This document shows, one piece after another, positions 59,425 through 64,000 of a DNA stretch of 64,000 nt. Position 1 is the first letter of the stretch. Each line of letters opens with the position of its first letter. The translations under genes and the position numbers were made by a program. Source of the stretch: an uncultured Verrucomicrobiae bacterium (lineage in GTDB: Bacteria > Verrucomicrobiota > Verrucomicrobiia > Limisphaerales > UBA11358); the NCBI GenBank assembly GCA_963802515.1, contig CAWDIX010000003.1, positions 91,076-155,075 on the forward strand, given 5' to 3'. The notes beneath the pieces were generated by a model, which was not told where the DNA came from, did not search any database, and saw only the letters and a program-made list of their open reading frames with translations.

Positions 59425-61247
59425 TCAGCGCACGGCAACCGTTTCCTTCATTTCCGGCTCCACCCACTTGTTGTGTTCCTTGATGAGGTCCACGAGGCGG
59501 TCCACCGCTTCGGCTTCGGGGATGTTGAACTTGATGGCCTGTTTGCCGACGTAGAGATTGATCTTGCCCGGCGCGCCGCCCACGTAGCCGAAATCCGCGT
59601 CCGCCATTTCGCCGGGGCCATTCACGATGCAGCCCATGATGGCAATCTTCACGCCCTTGAGATGCTCCGTGCGCGCCTTGATGCGCGCCGTCACGGTCTG
59701 CAGATTGAACAACGTCCGCCCGCACGACGGGCACGCGACGTAATCGGTCTTGAACGAACGGCAGCCCGCCGCCTGCAAAATGTTGTAAGCCAGCCGCAAC
59801 GATTGGCCGCCGCCGGCCTCGCCGCGAACCAGAATCGCGTCGCCAATCCCGTCCGCCAGCAGCGAACCGATGACGACGGACGCGCGGAGCAAGGCAATCT
59901 TCGGTTCTAGTTGGAGTTCAAGCTTTAGCTTGTCCGGACCGCCTGAAGGCTGAACTCCAACAAGACAATCCTTCAGCAAAATCGGATTGTTCCGCCCCAG
60001 CCGTTTCAATTTGGCCGCCAGCAGACGAAACGCGGTAATGACCGGCAGCTTCACGCCGTCCTTCACCGTGACGAGTTGCGTCTCGCAGTTGATTTCAAAA
60101 TCCTGCGTCGGGTCAATCTCGGCAACGTTCAAGTCTTCGTAAACCGCCTCCGGTTTCACGTCGTCTTTCGGACGAATCTTGGGCGCGACCTTGTCCCACG
60201 TGGCGCGGGTGACGACGACGCGGATGAGTTGCTCACCGCCGCATTTGACACCGTCCGCGAGTTCAATTTCCGGCGTTTCACGCCGCTCGAAGTGGAACGG
60301 GTCGAAGGGAAATCCGGAGTTCGGAGTTCGGAGTTCGGAGTTCGCAAGACTGGGAATCTGCGCCAGCAAATCGCGGCAGACCTCAATTTCGCGCGGCGAA
60401 TCTTCCGTGAGCGAAACGCGAATGGTGTCGCCCAGTCCGTCGCACAGCAGCGAACCGATGCCAATGGCGGATTTGATGCGGCCATCCTCGCCTTCGCCCG
60501 CCTCGGTGACGCCGAGATGAATCGGGTAATTCCAATCCGGCCCTTCCTGTTCCAGCCGCGCGACCAGCAGGCGGTAGCACTCAATCATCACCTTCGGGAT
60601 TGGACGACTTCATCGAGAACTTGAAGTTGTGGAAGTCGTGCTGGCGGCAGATGCGGGCGAATTCCAGCGCGCTCTCGACCATGCCCAGCGGCGTGTCGCC
60701 GTAGCGGTTCATGATGCGGTCGCTGAGCGAGCCGTGATTCGTGCCGATGCGGAGGGCGCGCTTCAGCCTTTTGGCTTCGAGCACCAGCGGCGTGAATTTC
60801 TCCTCAATGCGCTTCAGCTCGGCGGCGTATTGCTCGTCGGTGTATTCCTTGATCGCAAATTTCTTGGAATCGGCATAATTGCCGGGATTGACGCGCACGA
60901 CCTCGACCCATTTCACCGCTTCCATCGCCGCTTCGGGTTTGAAATGGATGTCGGCGACAATCGGCACGAGGCAGCCTCGCGCGCGCAATTCCGGCGACAA
61001 TATTCTGCAGATTCGCCGCGTCCTTCACCGTCGGCGCGGTGATGCGGACAAGCTGGCAGCCGACGGCGACGAGTTCGAGCGTCTGCTTCACGCACTCGGC
61101 GGTGTCCATCGTGTCGCAGGTGAGCATGGACTGCATGACGACCGGATGATCGCCGCCGATGATGACGCCGCCGCGCGCCGGATCGCCGATGACGACTTCG
61201 CGCGTCTTCCGCCGCTGATAAAAATATGGAGATTCGCAGTAGCGCAT
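59425..61247 (-). pseudogene. ispG: long-form 4-hydroxy-3-methylbut-2-enyl-diphosphate synthase IspG with two frame breaks (~60595, ~60992)
   Basis: GGDHPVVMQSM..VRITAP (ORF 60804..61247). [31 protein letters not shown] (ORF 60581..61000). [30 protein letters not shown] (ORF 59425..60591). Confidence 0.88.
60315..60344. repeat. heptanucleotide tandem repeat (CGGAGTT x4.3) inside ispG coding sequence
   Basis: Four perfect CGGAGTT units at 60315-60342 plus CG. Read in-frame on the minus strand as ANSELRTPNS. Confidence 0.9.
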
Positions 61248-61250
61248 GGC

Positions 61251-62652
61251 CTATTTGGCCGGGACCGGCGCGGACGTGGCGGGTGTTGTCGCCTGTTCGA
61301 TTTGCGCGTCACTGTTGAACATCGCGCGATAGAGCGCAAACCGTTTGATGTCTCCAAAAATCGTGACGTAAAGCATAAAGCCGATCAACAGCATCGCAAA
61401 GGCGGTCGTGACGTATTCCACCAACTTTAAACTCAACGGTCGGCGCCAGATTTTTTCGATGATGGCCATGAGAATATGTCCGCCGTCGAGCACGGGAATC
61501 GGCAGCAGATTGATGATGGCGAGATTGATGTTGAGCAACACGAGAAAACTCAAGGCCAGGCGGTAATCCGTTTTAACCTGGCCGGCGAGGATGCTGAGAA
61601 TTCCCACGGGACCACTCAAATCCTTCGCCCCCACACCCGTCTGGCGCGTGTGGACCAGCGCGCCGATAGTCGCAAAAGTCTTGTCCAACACATCGCTGAC
61701 TTGCTCCCAAGGCGTTGGGCCGGGCCTTTGGATTACGTACACTTGCGTGGAATCCACACCCAACGCAACGCCGATTCTTCCCGTTTTGGTGGTGGGATCA
61801 ATATTCGGTGTGATGTTCAGTGCCAACTTTTCTTCGCCACGCTCGACCCGCATTCGGATTGGTTTGCCCGCCACATTTGCGAATCAGGCCTATCAGTTGT
61901 TCCTGGCTGGCAATGGGGACGCCCGCGAAGGAAACAATGTGGTCACCCGTCTTGAGTCCGGCCTTTTCCGCCGGACTGCCCGAACTCACCTCCAACACTT
62001 GCGGATGATCGCGCGGGTCGAGATTGAGCAGCTTCAGGCCAAGTCCATTGTCCGTTGTGGCCTTGAGCGAATACGTCCGCTCCTTGGCCAGTCGTGCTCG
62101 ATGACCACGGGCATCACGCTGCTGCGCGCCACAATCGTGTTCAGCATCACGTCCTGCCAGGTTTTCACCGGCTTTCCATTCACCGCCAGGATGCGGTCGC
62201 CTTCCTGGATTCCCAGTTTGGCTTCCGCCGAATTTGGCTCAACATAGCCGATGATGGCCGGGTTTACCGGAATGGGCAGGCCGACAAAATAAATGACGGT
62301 GGCGATGGCGAAGGCGAACACCACGTTCATGAACGGCCCGGCAAAGGCGACCAGAATTTTGTGCAACGGCGGCGCGGGCGGCACTTCTCTGTCGGACTCG
62401 CCTTCGAGCGTCTCGGAGGTGATCATTTGCGGCAGCTTCACAAAGCCGCCGGCCGGAATCCAACGCAGCGAATATTCGATGCCATCGCGTTTCCAGCTGT
62501 AAATCTTCGGCCCCAAGCCGACGGCGAATTCCTCGACCTTCATGCCGAGCCTTCGCGCGACCCAGATAATGTCCGAACTCATGAATAAAAATGGCCGCGC
62601 CAAACGATACCAACACGGCGGCAATTACATAAATGGTCGTTAAAATGGTCAT
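61251..62652 (-). pseudogene. rseP: RIP metalloprotease RseP with three frame breaks (~61875, ~62090, ~62568)
   Basis: IFIHEFGHY | (I)WVARRLGMKVEEFAVGLGPK...PVVIEHD | AKERTYSL...EVSSGSPAEKAGLKTGDHIV..LIGLIRK | AGKPIRMRVERGEE...NLLPIPVLDGGH, spread over four reading frames. Confidence 0.88.
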
Positions 62653-62764
62653 TATAAATGTCAGCCCCAGCAACGGGACAATAGGATTATATCAGCAAAA
62701 AGCCGGCCTGCAATCACTGACTCGCCGGCGTTCTGGCTCCGGCGTGTTCCGGGATCCCGACAAA

Positions 62765-63921
62765 TCAAGGTCTGAACTCCCGCGCTTCCCGCCGCGCCCA
62801 GGCGTCCGCCTCCAGAATCTGCTCCAGCGTGGGATGCGAAACAACCTTGTGCGCGTCCATCGTGCGCCGAACGGTTTCTGCGATTTGCGGGAAATTGATT
62901 TTGCGATTCACGAACGCTTCGACCGCGACTTCGTTCGCCGCGTTCAATACCGCCGGCAGCGTGCCGCCCGCCTCCCCTGCCCTGCGCGCCAGATTCAATG
63001 CCGGAAACCGTTCCACGTCCGGCTCTTCGAACGTGAGGCTGCCGAGTTTGGCGAAATCGGTCTGCACGCGCTCGCTCGGCGCGCGGTCGGGATACGTCAG
63101 CGCGTATTGAATCGGCAGGCACATGTCCGGCGTGGAAAGCTGCGCGAGCATCGAGCCGTCCACGAATTCGACCATGCGAATGGACGATGCTCTGCGGATG
63201 CACCAGCACGCCGACGCGCTCCATGCCGATGTCGAACAGCCAGCGCGCCTCGATCATTTCCAGGCCCTTGTTGAAGAGCGTCGCCGAATCAATCGTGATT
63301 TTCCGGCCCATGACCCACGACGGATGTTTGAGCGCGTGCTCGACGGTGATTTCGGCAAATTGTTCAGCAGGCCACTTCCTGGCGTCGCGAAACGGCCCGC
63401 CGCAAGCTGTGAGCCAGAGTTTGCGGACGGAAGCGGGCGGTTTGCCGTCGAGACATTGAAAAATCGCCGAGTGTTCGCTGTCCACCGCCAGCACGCGCAC
63501 GCCGTGTTTGCGCGCCTCGCTCATCACGATTTCGCCGGCCATGACGAGAATTTCCTTTGACGCGATGGCGATGTCCTTGCCCGCGCGAATGGCGGCCAGC
63601 GCCGGTTTCAATCCCGCCGTGCCGACAATGGCAATAAGCACAATGTCCGCCGCCGGCAGCGTGGCGAGTTTGATCAACCCTTCCTCGCCGGAATAAACCC
63701 GCGTCGGGGTACCCCGAGCACGCCTCGCAGTTCCCGGGCCTTTCGCGGGTCGCTGATGGAAATCGCTTCGGGCCGGTGTTTGCGCGCCTGTTCGAGCAGC
63801 AATTCGGCATTGTTGCCGGCGGCCAGCCCCAGCAGCCGGATGCGGTCCGGCAAATCCTCCGCCACCTTGACGGTGCTGGTGCCGATGGAACCGGTGCTGC
63901 CAGAAGAACAACGTTCTTCAT
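62765..63921 (-). pseudogene. dxr: 1-deoxy-D-xylulose 5-phosphate reductoisomerase with three frame breaks (~63176, ~63708, ~63900)
   Basis: MKNVVLL | [29 protein letters not shown]... | [49 protein letters not shown] | [18 protein letters not shown]... Confidence 0.88.
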
Positions 63922-64000
63922 GGGTGCGTGAGAATGTGGCGCAAATAGAGATACATAATCGGCGCGTTGAACAAAAGGCTGTCGAGCAAGTCCAGAATGC
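63918..64000 (-). CDS. cdsA: phosphatidate cytidylyltransferase, 3' end (rest outside window)
   Basis: ..ILDLLDSLLFNAPIMYLYLRHILTHP* resembles the CdsA C-terminal G.LDR.DSL.F.AP block. Its TGA overlaps the dxr ATG (ATGA). Confidence 0.6.
   Translation of the reverse strand, partial: ILDLLDSLLFNAPIMYLYLRHILTHP

Noticed and set aside
60315-60344. CRISPR-like interpretation of the short tandem repeats (also 23934-23984, 25864-25891, 50341-50375)
   Set aside because: The units are 7-13 nt with no unique spacers of CRISPR size, and no cas genes are in the window.
59425-63921. Programmed ribosomal frameshifting or recoding as the explanation for the split ispG/rseP/dxr (and hrpB, S41 protease, terC) genes
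   Set aside because: The junctions share no slippery heptamer or stimulatory structure. The shifts go in both directions and fall inside conserved motifs. Indel errors or recent mutations explain them more simply.

Overview
A 64 kb high-GC bacterial chromosomal segment. By eye it contains no rRNA, tRNA or CRISPR array. The gene content and repeat style suggest a Verrucomicrobiota/PVC-type organism; this is an inference from the PEP-CTERM protein, the RRM RNA-binding protein, a giant secreted protein, and 7-10 nt micro-repeats in leaders and inside ORFs.

Gene order:
- alpha/beta hydrolase (partial), PPK2, anion permease, glycine-zipper lipoprotein, RRM protein, HExxH/TPR peptidase
- truncated HAMP stub, TlpA-like redoxin
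- ECF sigma, anti-sigma, and a large RDD membrane protein
- alcohol dehydrogenase (ADH) remnant, two zinc-ribbon proteins, msrPQ
- an ~8.5 kb co-directional minus-strand cluster: small His/Cys protein, TonB-dependent receptor, TonB, ExbB, two ExbD, a coiled-coil protein, MacB-type ABC ATPase and permease, DUF3299
- lepA-lepB, SDR, PEP-CTERM protein, FecR-like protein, an ORF-poor AT-richer island
- OB-fold protein, epimerase, trxB, hrpB, acyltransferase, tsaD, S41 protease, ispD
- an accessory patch: an orphan fragment of the giant gene, RAYT-like (REP-associated tyrosine transposase) and IS1595-like debris, a 345 aa anchored protein, and a ~1459 aa secreted protein with a DUF900-like hydrolase end
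- recJ, terC-family gene, secDF-yajC, a 1451 aa multi-PAS hybrid histidine kinase, ispG-rseP-dxr-cdsA

Main observations:
1. The TonB/ABC/DUF3299 supercluster is a candidate metal-uptake system.
2. The giant hydrolase gene and its translationally coupled partner have a displaced paralog fragment next to IS debris.
3. There are at least 12 single-nucleotide frame breaks in otherwise conserved genes. Eight of them sit within 4.5 kb of ispG-rseP-dxr.
4. Palindromic or heptanucleotide repeat tracts are embedded in-frame in hrpB and ispG.

All homology calls rest on recognised motifs. No searches were run.
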